A stretch of DNA of 64,000 nucleotides from NCBI GenBank assembly GCA_965219415.1, contig CBDCNP010000002.1, positions 1,760,001 through 1,824,000 of the forward strand, read 5' to 3'. Position 1 is the first letter of the stretch. Each line of letters begins with the position of its first letter. This document shows positions 40,883-50,614 of the stretch, piece after piece. Both the position numbers and the translations under genes were made by a program. The notes below the pieces were generated by a model, which worked only from the letters and a program-made list of their open reading frames with translations, did not search any database and had not been told where the DNA came from. The stretch is from Candidatus Marinacidobacterales bacterium (GTDB lineage: Bacteria > Acidobacteriota > Vicinamibacteria > Marinacidobacterales > DATDRI01).

Positions 40883-43334
40883 CTACTCGTGCCTGAGCGC
40901 AACCATAGGATCGACCCGAGTCGCCCGGCGCGCCGGCAAGTAGCTGGCGAGACCGGCCACCGCCGCTAGTGTCGCCACGACCGAAACAAACGTCGCCGCG
41001 TCGGTCGAGCTCACTCCGAAGAGCAGGCTCTCCATGACGCGCGCCAGCGCGAAGGCACCCGCCATGCCCAGGACCAGACCTCAGGCAGTGAGGCGGAGCC
41101 CCTGGCCCACGAACAACCGCAGCACGTCCTTCGCCCGAGCGCCGAATGCCATGCGCACGCCGATCTCATGGGTGCGCTCGGCGACCGTGTGAGAAAGCAG
41201 ACCATATATCCCCATGGCGGCGAGAACGAGCGCCGGGGCGCCGAAGAGACTAAGGAGCAGCATGTTGAAATGGGGTTGGGCGACCGAGTTCTCAACCAAG
41301 CCTTCTAGGGTCCCCACTCTGAAGATCGGCAAATCCGGATCCACGGCCGCCACCTCGGCGCGCACCGAGGCTAGCAGAGCGAGCGGATCCACGGCGGTCC
41401 TGACCAGGAGGCCCATATCCCCGACAATGAATTGGCGCGAGGGAAGGTACAGTGCCGGTTCCACCATGGCATCGAGCCCCCGGAATCTGACGTCTTCGAC
41501 GATTCCCACGATCTCGAACGACTCCGGTAGATCCTGGGCCGTATTGCGATGTTGGAGTATTTGGCCCATGGGATCTTCATCGAGGAAGTACCTGCGGGCG
41601 AGCGAGCTATTGATGATGGCTGCTCCTGGATGCTCTGCATCGTCCTGCACGACGAACGGGCGCCCGCCGAGGAGCTCGATACCGGTGGTGCGAAAATAGT
41701 CGGGGCTCACCAATCGCAGCGTAGCGCCCGGACCCTCGCCGGGCCGGGGCTCGGGACGTCCCGCAATGCGGAATCCCGTCTCCCAATTTGCCTCGAGCGG
41801 AAGATCGTAGGCCATAGCCGCAGAGCGAACTCCCGGAAGCTCGCGCACCCGCTCGAGAATGTTCGAGTATCCGTTCACGACACGCGACCAATGCGGATAT
41901 CTTGCTTGAGACAGATCCAGCTCGAATGTCAGGATCCTATCGGTACGAAACCCTGGATCGACCTGAACGAGCTGCCAGAAGCTCCGTATGAGCAGACCGG
42001 CGCCGATCACGAGCATGACGGCAAGCGAGACTTCGGCAACCACCAAGGCCCTTCGAACCGCGTGTCGATGATCCGGATCGGTGGTTCCTCGACCGCCTTC
42101 CTTGAGTGATTCCTGAAGATCCGGCTTCAAGGATTGGAGGGCGGGGACGAGACCAAACATCATCGTCGCCAGGATAGACACAACAGCCGCGAAACAGAGA
42201 ACCGCGAGATCGATTCTGTCGTCGCCGAGGCGAGGGATGTCATGCGGCGTTATCCTCAGTTAGAACCTGACGGCCAAAATAGGCCACGCCCAAACCGAGA
42301 GCTCCGCCTCCTAGACCGAGGAGGATGCTTTCGGTGAGAAACTGCCGGATGAAGTCCCACCGCCCGGCACCCAAGGCGGCTCGCACCGCCACTTCCTTTT
42401 GTCGCGAAGCAGAGCGCGCGAGCAACAGTCCCGCAATGTTGGCACACACGATGGCCAAGACAAGACCCACCGCACCGAGCAGCACCAGAAGTCCCGAACG
42501 GACATCGCCGACCACTTCATCCACCAAACGCGTCAACGCAATGCTTTCTTTCGCGTTCTCCGGATAGGCTTGCTCCAATCTTCGGCCGATGGTCTCCATC
42601 TCCGATCGCGCATCTTGGAAGCTGATGCCGTTTCTTAGCCGCGCTAGCACACCAAAAACGTGGGAGCGCCGTGTGGTGCGAAAACCTTCAGGCAACGCCA
42701 TCGGCACCCAAAACTGATGATGGTCGGGGCGAAACTGGATTTGACCCACCGAGCTCACCCAAGTGGGATAGATGCCCTGCGGCATGACGCCGATGACAGT
42801 GAAGAGGTTGCCATCGAATGTGACGGGCTGTCCTAGGATTTCTCGATCGCCGCCGAATCGGCGTTGCCAGAGGCCGTAGCTCAGTAGGACGACTTTGTCC
42901 CGTCCGGGGGTCTCCTCCTCTTTGCTGAAGACCCGTCCCAATAGCGGTTCGACACCCAACGTACGGAAATAGTTTTCGGTGACTTTTCCTCCCAGAAGTG
43001 ATTCCGGATCGCCCTCGCCCGTCAAGCTATAGCGCGATGCTCCGAACATCGCCATGTCTTCGAAGACGCGGTTCTGTTCCCGCCAATCAAGGTAATTGCC
43101 GGGAGCCACCCTGAATTTCTCGGAGCCGGGCTTGGCTCGCGATTCCCAGACGGCGACAAGACGGTCCGGCTGACGATAGGAAAGCGGTCGCAGAAGCACC
43201 GAGTGAACCACGCTAAAAATCGCCGTGTTCGCTCCGATGCCGAGCCCCAGTGTGCAAAGGACGACGGCCGTAAAGCCGGGACTCTTTCGGGGCGTTCTGA
43301 GCCCGTAGCGGAGGTCGCTTAGCCACTTTTCCAT
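40883..43334 (-). pseudogene. ADOP-type (duplicated MacB/FtsX) ABC permease; frameshift near 42260 and in-frame TGA at 41081
   Basis: LGLGIGANTAIFSVV, CANIAGLLLAR, VVAEVSLA..L.IGAGL, EIGVRMA, PARRATRVDPMVALR. Confidence 0.9.
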
Positions 43335-43418
43335 GTTCTCATCTCGAAAATGCGATCAATCGAGCACAACTTCTTAGACGGGGTGCAGGCACCGAGAGTT
43401 TCCTATCCCCTAAAAAAT

Positions 43419-43431
43419 TATCAATGACTTG
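43419..43431 (+). promoter_or_regulatory. Putative IHF site in divergent intergenic region
   Basis: TATCAATGACTTG matches WATCAANNNNTTR and is preceded by an A-tract. Confidence 0.4.
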
Positions 43432-43597
43432 CAGTGGCTGCATCGTGCCAGGGGACACTCGCGGCTCCGATCCAACTTGACCCGGACGTCCAAAAAGGGC
43501 ATGCTGAGCGCTCCTGACCAAACTGTAAAGGCGTTACCCCCAGCCAGAACGCTTGCCGGCGGGAGAGGTTTCTCCGCAGGCAAGGAGAACAGTCGCT

Positions 43598-44719
43598 ATG
43601 AGCGAGAATCAGATCCTCGGAGGTCAGCCGGATAGAAGGGCAATCCCCCGATTGACACCCCAGCAAACGGTCGTCCTGACGGTTCATGACCAGCAGATCC
43701 TACCGTCCTACGGGGTCCTCAATGACATAACCGAATCGGGAGCGAGCATCGCCAACGACCACCTTCTGGAGACCGGTCGTAGCGTTCGCCTCAAGCTTGG
43801 GCTCAACGATTCGGGTGAACCCTTCGAGACCGACGCACGTATCGTATGGAACCAAAACGGCGTTCCCATAGGCGCCCTCCATGGCGTCGAGTTCACCGGG
43901 CTCTCCGGAGCACGTCGCGCCGAGCTGAGAGTACTCCTCGAACGAAGCGAGATCGATGGGGTAGACGAGCCCGAGGCGATTTCTCGATGGCGCAACGTCG
44001 CGTTAGTCGGTGTGACACTCCTTTTGCTGGTGGCCGCCGGCACCGCTTCGATCGCCTTCCACCACATCCGCATCATCAACGAACGTGTCGAATCGGCTCT
44101 CTCCCAGGTCGAGCAAAAAACCCAACATCTGAACTCGGGAGTTCGTTTCGACTCCGAACGCCAGCGGTTAGTGTTGGGACTTCGCGACGAGATCATTCGA
44201 GCCAATCATCTAATAAGCATCCGCGATGCCTACCAGTACGCCCAATTGGCCCTGATCGCGTCGGAAAAATATCCCACGATTGACCCACTCTTGTTCTTGG
44301 CGGTGGGTATCGTCGAGAGCGGTTACAACGTGTCCGCCACGAGTCACGCCGCCGCGGCCGGCCTCTACCAAATCGCGCCCACGACCGGACGCATGCTGGC
44401 CCGAACGCTGAGCTGGGAATATTCGCCGGAGATGCTCTACGACCCCCAGAAGAACACGGAGATGGCGGCGCTCTATTTGGATATCTTGTTATCCACTCAT
44501 GACGACGTAGAGGTAGTGCTCGCGGAATACAACGGCGGGCCGCGGAATGCTCAGTTTTTTCGAGCCGGTAGCAGTCGACTCGCGGAGGAAACGCGCCACT
44601 ACGTTCCCAAGGTCATGAGCGTCTACGAGAGGCTTAAGAACCGTTTCGAGGTGGAAGAGCGCCAGACGGAGCTCACTCGCGCTCAAGCCCCCGTTTCCGG
44701 ACTGTCCGGAACCCCCTAG
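43598..44719 (+). CDS. PilZ-TM-SLT lytic transglycosylase fusion
   Basis: RRAIPR and DITESG PilZ motifs, GVEF; one TM; IVESGY, AAGLYQI, LAEYNGG, ET..YV. Confidence 0.85.
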   Translation: MSENQILGGQPDRRAIPRLTPQQTVVLTVHDQQILPSYGVLNDITESGASIANDHLLETGRSVRLKLGLNDSGEPFETDARIVWNQNGVPIGALHGVEFTGLSGARRAELRVLLERSEIDGVDEPEAISRWRNVALVGVTLLLLVAAGTASIAFHHIRIINERVESALSQVEQKTQHLNSGVRFDSERQRLVLGLRDEIIRANHLISIRDAYQYAQLALIASEKYPTIDPLLFLAVGIVESGYNVSATSHAAAAGLYQIAPTTGRMLARTLSWEYSPEMLYDPQKNTEMAALYLDILLSTHDDVEVVLAEYNGGPRNAQFFRAGSSRLAEETRHYVPKVMSVYERLKNRFEVEERQTELTRAQAPVSGLSGTP

Positions 44720-44724
44720 GACCA

Positions 44725-45303
44725 CTAGTCGACCCTTGCCACGAAGGCGATGCCGATGGGTGGTGCGAGGCTTTGCCCGTCCGCCGGTTGTTGTTGGATC
44801 TTCCTAACAACATCCATCCCCGCGATCACCTGCCCGAATGCGGCAAAGCCTTGACCATCGGGGTTTCTTCCACCTCCGAAATCGAGCTCCGGTTGATCGC
44901 CAACGCAGATGAAGAACTCCGATGACGCGGTCCCTGGATCTAAGCGCGCCATCGAGATCACACCGTCTTTGTGGAGCACGCCCGTCTGGTCCGTCGTTTC
45001 GTGCTCGATGGGCGGCAGTCTGTCTTCCTGCTCGCTCCGACCCAGCCCACCCTGAATCACTTCTATCTTGATGTCGCTATCTGGTTGGTTCCCCATGCGA
45101 ACGACGCGATAGAAGCTGCTCCCCTCAAAGCGTTCTTCATCAACGTACTTCAAGAAGTTTGCGGCTGTGACGGGAGCCTCCTCTTGGTAAATCTCGATCT
45201 TGATGACTCCCAGCTCCGTTTCGATGACGACGTGAGGCCTGGCCTCGAGACCTCCACTCCCTACAACGCCCAACCAAGCGAGCCAGGCAACGATTAGATT
45301 CAT
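44725..45303 (-). CDS. Secreted cyclophilin-type peptidylprolyl isomerase
   Basis: APVTAANFL.YV, FYRVV, IQGG, ISMAR, SEFFI, AAFGQVIAGMDVV. Confidence 0.93.
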   Translation of the reverse strand: MNLIVAWLAWLGVVGSGGLEARPHVVIETELGVIKIEIYQEEAPVTAANFLKYVDEERFEGSSFYRVVRMGNQPDSDIKIEVIQGGLGRSEQEDRLPPIEHETTDQTGVLHKDGVISMARLDPGTASSEFFICVGDQPELDFGGGRNPDGQGFAAFGQVIAGMDVVRKIQQQPADGQSLAPPIGIAFVARVD

Positions 45304-45311
45304 AAACCTCC

Positions 45312-45340
45312 TTACCGTGCGCCAAAAAAGGAAAAGTTCC
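45312..45340 (-). promoter_or_regulatory. Possible ECF promoter of the cyclophilin gene
   Basis: GGAAC-N17-CGGTAA immediately before the AGGAGG RBS. Confidence 0.35.
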
Positions 45341-45400
45341 AACTGCGCACGAATTTAGCTGGGATCCCGCCTTATCGCCTGCACAGAGGGGAACCCGAAA

Positions 45401-45655
45401 ATGAGCAAAAAGTTATACCTCGCCAGCCCGTACGGCTTTTCACCCCAACAAGAGGAACGACTTCTCACTCTTGTCGACATTCTAGCCGAGCTCGGGCGGA
45501 CGTTTGGGAGCCTTTCGCACGTAAATGGATTACTTTTACCGATCGGTCGACGAGGTTCGCTCGCCGGGCACAGCCGTCGCCCGATCGCTGACCGACACGG
45601 TCGAATAACTCGAGCGGTTGGGAGTCTCAAGATCGGCTGCTACGATAGAGGCTAA
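45401..45655 (+). pseudogene. Probable remnant of a nucleoside 2-deoxyribosyltransferase-like gene
   Basis: N-terminus KLYLASPYGFS..Q resembles this family, then degenerates. Confidence 0.45.
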
Positions 45656-46990
45656 ATGCCTTACCGAATCCGGAGGACTTTCATGACCACCACCGGGAAG
45701 AACACTTCTTCGACCTTCCGCTACGCGACGGTGATGCTAGCCACGCTCGCGTTGTCTTTCTGGTTCGTAGCCGAAGCTAGTCAGCAATACCCAGGCCCGG
45801 GCGTGCGTGACCATGAAGAAGAAGAGGGCGAATCGATTCCCGAGCCAGCGGCTCAGGAGGAGACACACTGCAGCGGCGGCACGGCGGGCGCTTACCCATG
45901 CAAGAACGTCGACCTGTTGTCGTTCATACCGTTGAGTGAGATCGGGGGGGAAGGCGGAGCCCAGGGCGCAGACATTTGGGGCTGGACCGACCCGGAAAAT
46001 GGCCGCGAATATGCACTGATGGCGCTTTCAACGGGCACCTCGTTCATAGACATTACTAATCCCACCGACCCGGTATATCTCGGCCTGTTGCCGACGCAAA
46101 CCGTTGCCAGTCCATGGCGCGACGTCAAGGTATACAGGAATCATGCCTTCATCGTCTCGGAGGCCGCGTCCCACGGCATGCAAGTATTCAATCTCAAACA
46201 GTTGGGCAGAGTGACCGGCCCTCCGGTGAGCTTTTCCAGCACCGCGCATTATGCCGCGCAAGGTCTAAGCACTTCGCACAACGTCGCGATCAACGAAAAA
46301 ACCGGATTCGCCTACATCGTGGGCAGCAACACCTGCGCCGGCGGACTCCACATGGTCAATATAAAAAAACCCAAGGCGCCAAAGTTCGCCGGCTGCTACA
46401 GCGGAGACGGCTACACCCACGATGCACACTGCGTAGTGTACCGGGGACCGGATTCAGAGCATTCGAGCCGTGAGATCTGTTTTAACGCCAACGAGGACAC
46501 ACTGACGATCGTGGACGTGACCAACAAGAGCAACCCGCGCATGCTGTCTCGAACAAGTTACGCAGGGGTCGCTTATACACATCAGAGTTGGACCACGGAG
46601 GACCAGATCTATCTGCTTTTGGACGATGAGCTCGACGAGAGAACCGAGGGCAACAAGACGAAGACCTTTATCTGGGACATCGTTGACCTCGATACTCCCG
46701 AGCTCATCGGCACCTACACCGGCAAGAAAAAAGCTATCGACCACAATCTCTACGTTCGTGACGGCTTCGCTTATCAAGCCAACTATCAGAGCGGGCTACG
46801 AATTCTAGATCTAAAGAACATCGCTGATGGCAAACTGAATGAGGTCGCTTTCTTCGACACTTTCCCCGAAGGTAACCAAGCCCGTTTCAACGGGGCCTGG
46901 AGTAACTATCCGTATTTTCCAAGCGGTGTCGTCATCGTGAGCGGCATCGAGCAAGGGCTCTTCGTTCTCCACCCCCACCTGCCTCGCTAA
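45656..46990 (+). CDS. Choice-of-anchor B family (LVIVD-repeat) secreted protein
   Basis: C..G.AGAYPCKNVDL, DIWGWTDP, WRDVKVY, YTHDAHC, DDELDE, IDHNLY, GAWSNYPYFPSG. Confidence 0.88.
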   Translation: MPYRIRRTFMTTTGKNTSSTFRYATVMLATLALSFWFVAEASQQYPGPGVRDHEEEEGESIPEPAAQEETHCSGGTAGAYPCKNVDLLSFIPLSEIGGEGGAQGADIWGWTDPENGREYALMALSTGTSFIDITNPTDPVYLGLLPTQTVASPWRDVKVYRNHAFIVSEAASHGMQVFNLKQLGRVTGPPVSFSSTAHYAAQGLSTSHNVAINEKTGFAYIVGSNTCAGGLHMVNIKKPKAPKFAGCYSGDGYTHDAHCVVYRGPDSEHSSREICFNANEDTLTIVDVTNKSNPRMLSRTSYAGVAYTHQSWTTEDQIYLLLDDELDERTEGNKTKTFIWDIVDLDTPELIGTYTGKKKAIDHNLYVRDGFAYQANYQSGLRILDLKNIADGKLNEVAFFDTFPEGNQARFNGAWSNYPYFPSGVVIVSGIEQGLFVLHPHLPR

Positions 46991-47056
46991 CCTCAACGAC
47001 TTCCGACTCGAGGCCGGCGAACGAGCCGAGGCCACCCGGTTAGATCGAAAACGGTA

Positions 47057-48046
47057 TCAGATCGTTCGCAGGCCGATCACCAGGGTCCGGTCGTCGCTCG
47101 GCTCGCCCGGAGAGAATCTATCCACTTCCGCGACCACGAGATTGGATACCTGCTGTGCGGACTCTCCATCCCTACGACCCAGGAGATCGCTCAACCTTAA
47201 CTCGCCGAACGGTTCTCCGGATGGATCCTCCGCCTCGGTGACGCCGTCGGTGTAGAGCGCCAACACATCACCCGGGCCGAGCACGATCGAGGTTTGCTCG
47301 AACTTCGCACCCGGCAGGATACCGACGACCGTGCCGGTTGCACCGAGCACCTCGACCTCGCCGGAGGCGCGTCGAATAAGAGGAGGGTTGTGCCCCGCAT
47401 TGACATAGTTCAACTCTCCGGTCTCATAGCACAACACTCCGTAGAAGACAGTGGCGTAGCGGCCGGGATGCGCGGTATCGAGAAGCTGCTCGTTGGCAGT
47501 CTTGATCAGCTCGGCCGGTGACAATCCTAACCGGGTCAGTGTACGGAACGTAGCCTGAAATGTCGTTCGCAGGAGTCCAGCCGGAATTCCTTTGCCAGCC
47601 ACATCGCCGATCAGGATCCCCACGCTCTTCGGGTCCGGTTGGGACAAGAAGTCGTAGAAATCTCCGCTCAGGATCCTGGAAGGCCGATAATGAACGCCGA
47701 AGCCGAAAGACTCGTTGGACGGGATGCGTCGCGGTAAGAGGGACCGATCCACTTCACGAGCGACTCGCAGATCATCCTCCAACCGCCTGATATCTGTCTC
47801 CTTCATGCATTCGAGGCACAGGCTAGTGGTCGGACTACCCAACAAGACTTCGTGCTCGACGTGCCCATCGCAGCTAGCGCAGGGGATCTCCGCATTCTCC
47901 TCGATGCGATGGAGGGCCTCTTGAAGGCTATCGAGCTCAGCGGCCGAGCTAGGTTCTGCCAACGACGCCTCGGATAACCATTCCAGAAGGCTCTCACGTC
48001 GCTCGCGAAGCAGGCCGTGGAAGAAATCAATGTCCGTCGTGTTCAT
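47057..48046 (-). CDS. SpoIIE/RsbU PP2C phosphatase with N-terminal DksA/TraR-like C4 zinc finger
   Basis: CASC...CLEC; SGDFYD, GDVAGKG, NAGHNPP, YTDGVTE, DDRT. Confidence 0.9.
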   Translation of the reverse strand: MNTTDIDFFHGLLRERRESLLEWLSEASLAEPSSAAELDSLQEALHRIEENAEIPCASCDGHVEHEVLLGSPTTSLCLECMKETDIRRLEDDLRVAREVDRSLLPRRIPSNESFGFGVHYRPSRILSGDFYDFLSQPDPKSVGILIGDVAGKGIPAGLLRTTFQATFRTLTRLGLSPAELIKTANEQLLDTAHPGRYATVFYGVLCYETGELNYVNAGHNPPLIRRASGEVEVLGATGTVVGILPGAKFEQTSIVLGPGDVLALYTDGVTEAEDPSGEPFGELRLSDLLGRRDGESAQQVSNLVVAEVDRFSPGEPSDDRTLVIGLRTI

Positions 48047-48048
48047 TC

Positions 48049-48828
48049 CTATCCTCGCTTCCGTTTTTGCGAAGTCCCTACCGGGCCTTTGGGATCTTCG
48101 AGGTCAATTCCCTCGATTTCAAAGAGAGTCCGCTTCACGTTCAGTCCTCCGCCGTAGCCCCCAATGGAACCGTCGGCTGCGATGACCCGGTGACACGGCA
48201 CAACGATGGCGACGGGGTTCTTGTTCAACGCTCCACCCACTGCACGGCAGGCCTGGGGTTGACCGATGCGACGAGCGATGTCGCCATAGCTCGCGCAACA
48301 GCCGAACGGAATTCGAGAGGTCACCGCCAAGACTTTCCGTTGAAACGGTGTCACATGCCGGAGATCGAGGGGAACTTCGAACCGCTCGCGCCTGCCGGCC
48401 AAGTACTCTTGGAGCTCCCGACGCTCCCGGTGTAGTCGGCGGGCGTCCGCCTCGGGCAGGAGTCCTCGACTCAGAAGGTCGTTAGCGAACTCCTTCTCGT
48501 TGGTCCGAAAGCCGATGCGGCAAAGCCCCCGCTCCGTTGCCGCCAGATAAACCGGCCCGAAAGACGCTGCCACATGACCGATGAAGGCATGACGCTCTCT
48601 GAACTCTTTCTCGAGCTTTCGGTGAGCGGACGGGAAACCCTTTTCGTTCGTTCGCTCATGTACCTCGAAAGCCGTATCCAACCATTTGTCCCGCTCGCCG
48701 TCCAGACGGCAGTCTTCGCACTCGCGACCATGAAGCTCGGCTCGCTTCCTGTGCTGGGCGCCCGCGTCGCCGGCTAAGATCGCGAGTTGAATCTCTTCAA
48801 ACGTCTGACAATCCATTTCTTCCTCCAC
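48049..48828 (-). CDS. ogt: Methylated-DNA-protein-cysteine methyltransferase with N-terminal zinc anti-sigma-like domain
   Basis: FQRKV...IPFG..SYGDIA, RAVGGAL..NP, VPCHRVI, GGYGGG; N-terminal C...HGRECEDC (HxxxCxxC). Confidence 0.9.
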   Translation of the reverse strand: MEEEMDCQTFEEIQLAILAGDAGAQHRKRAELHGRECEDCRLDGERDKWLDTAFEVHERTNEKGFPSAHRKLEKEFRERHAFIGHVAASFGPVYLAATERGLCRIGFRTNEKEFANDLLSRGLLPEADARRLHRERRELQEYLAGRRERFEVPLDLRHVTPFQRKVLAVTSRIPFGCCASYGDIARRIGQPQACRAVGGALNKNPVAIVVPCHRVIAADGSIGGYGGGLNVKRTLFEIEGIDLEDPKGPVGTSQKRKRG

Positions 48829-49338
48829 TTACTTACGTCGTCCCGCGAGGCCGCGCCTGATCTTCCCCATCGCTTGATAGACGTGGGCGCGGGCCGCTTG
48901 CTCAGTACAAGCCAGCGTCTCAGCAATCTCACGATAAGGCAGCCCTTGGTATTTTCTCTGCAACAACGCCACCCTCTGACGCACCGGGAGGGCGCGAACG
49001 ATCTCTCCGAGGCGACCGGCAAACCGTCTGGTCTCGACCAAACTCTCCAGGTCGCCATTGCTCTCCGCCAAATGAAGCGCCTTTTCTAGCGGCAGAGTCC
49101 GTCGGAGTTTTTGTCCACGTGCCAGGTTCAATGCGGAACGCGAGGCGATGCGATAAAGCCAGGCGCGATGATTCGCCTTGGCGGGTAGTCGGTCGAGGGC
49201 TCGAAAGGCCCGAAAGAAAGTGTCCTGCAGAACGTCCGCCGCATCCTCCGGGTTACCGGTCATGCGGTAGGTAAAGCGGTAGATCTCCTTCTCATACCAT
49301 GCCATGAGCTCTTCGAATCTCACCTGCAAAGGTTTCAA
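48829..49338 (-). CDS. ECF sigma factor
   Basis: DAADVLQDTF, AWLYRIA, LPVRQRVAL, YREIAETL. Confidence 0.92.
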   Translation of the reverse strand: MKPLQVRFEELMAWYEKEIYRFTYRMTGNPEDAADVLQDTFFRAFRALDRLPAKANHRAWLYRIASRSALNLARGQKLRRTLPLEKALHLAESNGDLESLVETRRFAGRLGEIVRALPVRQRVALLQRKYQGLPYREIAETLACTEQAARAHVYQAMGKIRRGLAGRRK

Positions 49339-49353
49339 TTCCCCCTTTACTGG

Positions 49354-49384
49354 CTATGACACGCGAAGGGTCTCTTTGTGAAAG
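49354..49384 (-). promoter_or_regulatory. Possible autoregulatory ECF promoter
   Basis: TTTCACA-N15-TGTCATAG ending about 15 bp upstream of the sigma start. Confidence 0.35.
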
Positions 49385-49427
49385 ATGGTTTGCGGATCTC
49401 GTGCGAAAGAGTGTAGACCTCCTTCTC

Positions 49428-50573
49428 ATGGCGCCTTACAGTCAGCTAGTGCAGTTGGGAATCCTCTTGACGGCCCTCGCCCAGACCCCCGCGCCACCGG
49501 GTGCGCGGGTAGAGCTCTACACCTTCGGGCCGGGCGAGGATGTCTTCTCCAAGTTCGGGCATGCGGCCATTTGCGTCTTCGACGAAAGGGGACTGGGCGG
49601 TCGCTGTTTCAACTATGGGAGCGCAGATTTCTCCACTCCCGGCCCGCTCACGTGGGACGTCGTTCGGGGCCGAGCCCGTTTTTGGGTATCCGTGGCACCC
49701 TTCGGAGAGATGCTTCGACTCTACTTGGCCGAGGATCGAACCATCTATCGGCAGCCGCTGCCGTTGACGTCGGAGCAGGTTGAAGAAATGAAGCAGCGGC
49801 TCGAGACGGCGGCCCTTCCAGAGAATCGCTACTACGCGTACGACCATTTCGACGACAACTGTTCGACCCGCCCCCGGGATCATATCGACGCCGTCACCGA
49901 CGGCGCTCTGCAGCGCAGGTCCACAAGCCATGGCTCCTCGTTCCGTGAGCTCATCCACGACAGCCTGGAGGATGATCCACTCGTCTTCGCACTGGTCGAG
50001 ACCTTCTTGGGACGCTCGATAGATCGGGAACGAACCGAGTATGAAGCGATGTTTCTACCTCGGATCTTGAGAGAGACAGTCGCCTTGCATCTGGGAGCTA
50101 CTCCTGAAATCGTCCACGCCCGAAAGAATCCTGCCTCCGCCGGGCTTCCCTGGCTCGGACCATGGCTAGTCACGCACCGTCGGGAATTGGGGCTGGCGAT
50201 TGGCTTGGTGAGCGCATTGCTCATCCTGCTGGGGACGCCTGGTACCTCTCGCGCACTTCGGTCCTTGTTCGGTATTCTCTTCGGAACCGTCGGTGTCCTT
50301 CTCGCGTTGCTAGCGGTCATGTCTCCGCTTCCCGAGCTTCGCTACAACGAGCTCTTGCTGCTGTGGCTGCCAACCGACTTCTTGTTGATCGTGTACTCGC
50401 GGCGGGTAACGATTTTATACACCGGCGTCCGATTGGCAGGCCTCCTGGCAGTTGGCCTTTTGTCCGCCTGGGGCTGGTTCCTACAGCCGTTGTGGACTTT
50501 CTGGACACTTGCGGCTTTGGTCCTCGGAGCCGTCTCTGCGCGAACGCTGGTTCGACCGGGTCGGTTAGGCTAG
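49428..50573 (+). CDS. DUF4105 / Lnb-like membrane protein (lipoprotein N-acyltransferase family); start uncertain
   Basis: LYTFGPG...[25 protein letters not shown]; C-terminal TM helices. Confidence 0.82.
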   Translation: MAPYSQLVQLGILLTALAQTPAPPGARVELYTFGPGEDVFSKFGHAAICVFDERGLGGRCFNYGSADFSTPGPLTWDVVRGRARFWVSVAPFGEMLRLYLAEDRTIYRQPLPLTSEQVEEMKQRLETAALPENRYYAYDHFDDNCSTRPRDHIDAVTDGALQRRSTSHGSSFRELIHDSLEDDPLVFALVETFLGRSIDRERTEYEAMFLPRILRETVALHLGATPEIVHARKNPASAGLPWLGPWLVTHRRELGLAIGLVSALLILLGTPGTSRALRSLFGILFGTVGVLLALLAVMSPLPELRYNELLLLWLPTDFLLIVYSRRVTILYTGVRLAGLLAVGLLSAWGWFLQPLWTFWTLAALVLGAVSARTLVRPGRLG

Positions 50574-50614
50574 AATGTCAGGAGCGCACTCCTTTCTCGA
50601 TCAAAGGATTCCCA

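Noticed and set aside
41081-41083. In-frame TGA in the ADOP permease followed by a weak hairpin
   Set aside because: Position is in a TM helix with no catalytic Cys role; short hairpins are common in GC-rich DNA. TGA is a normal stop in many genes here, so code reassignment is excluded
50162-50614. N-terminal extension of the 931-aa ORF (similarly 1889-2464, 23100-23525, 36912-37334, 36103-36297)
   Set aside because: Mostly overlap real upstream genes or lack coding character; better starts lie downstream
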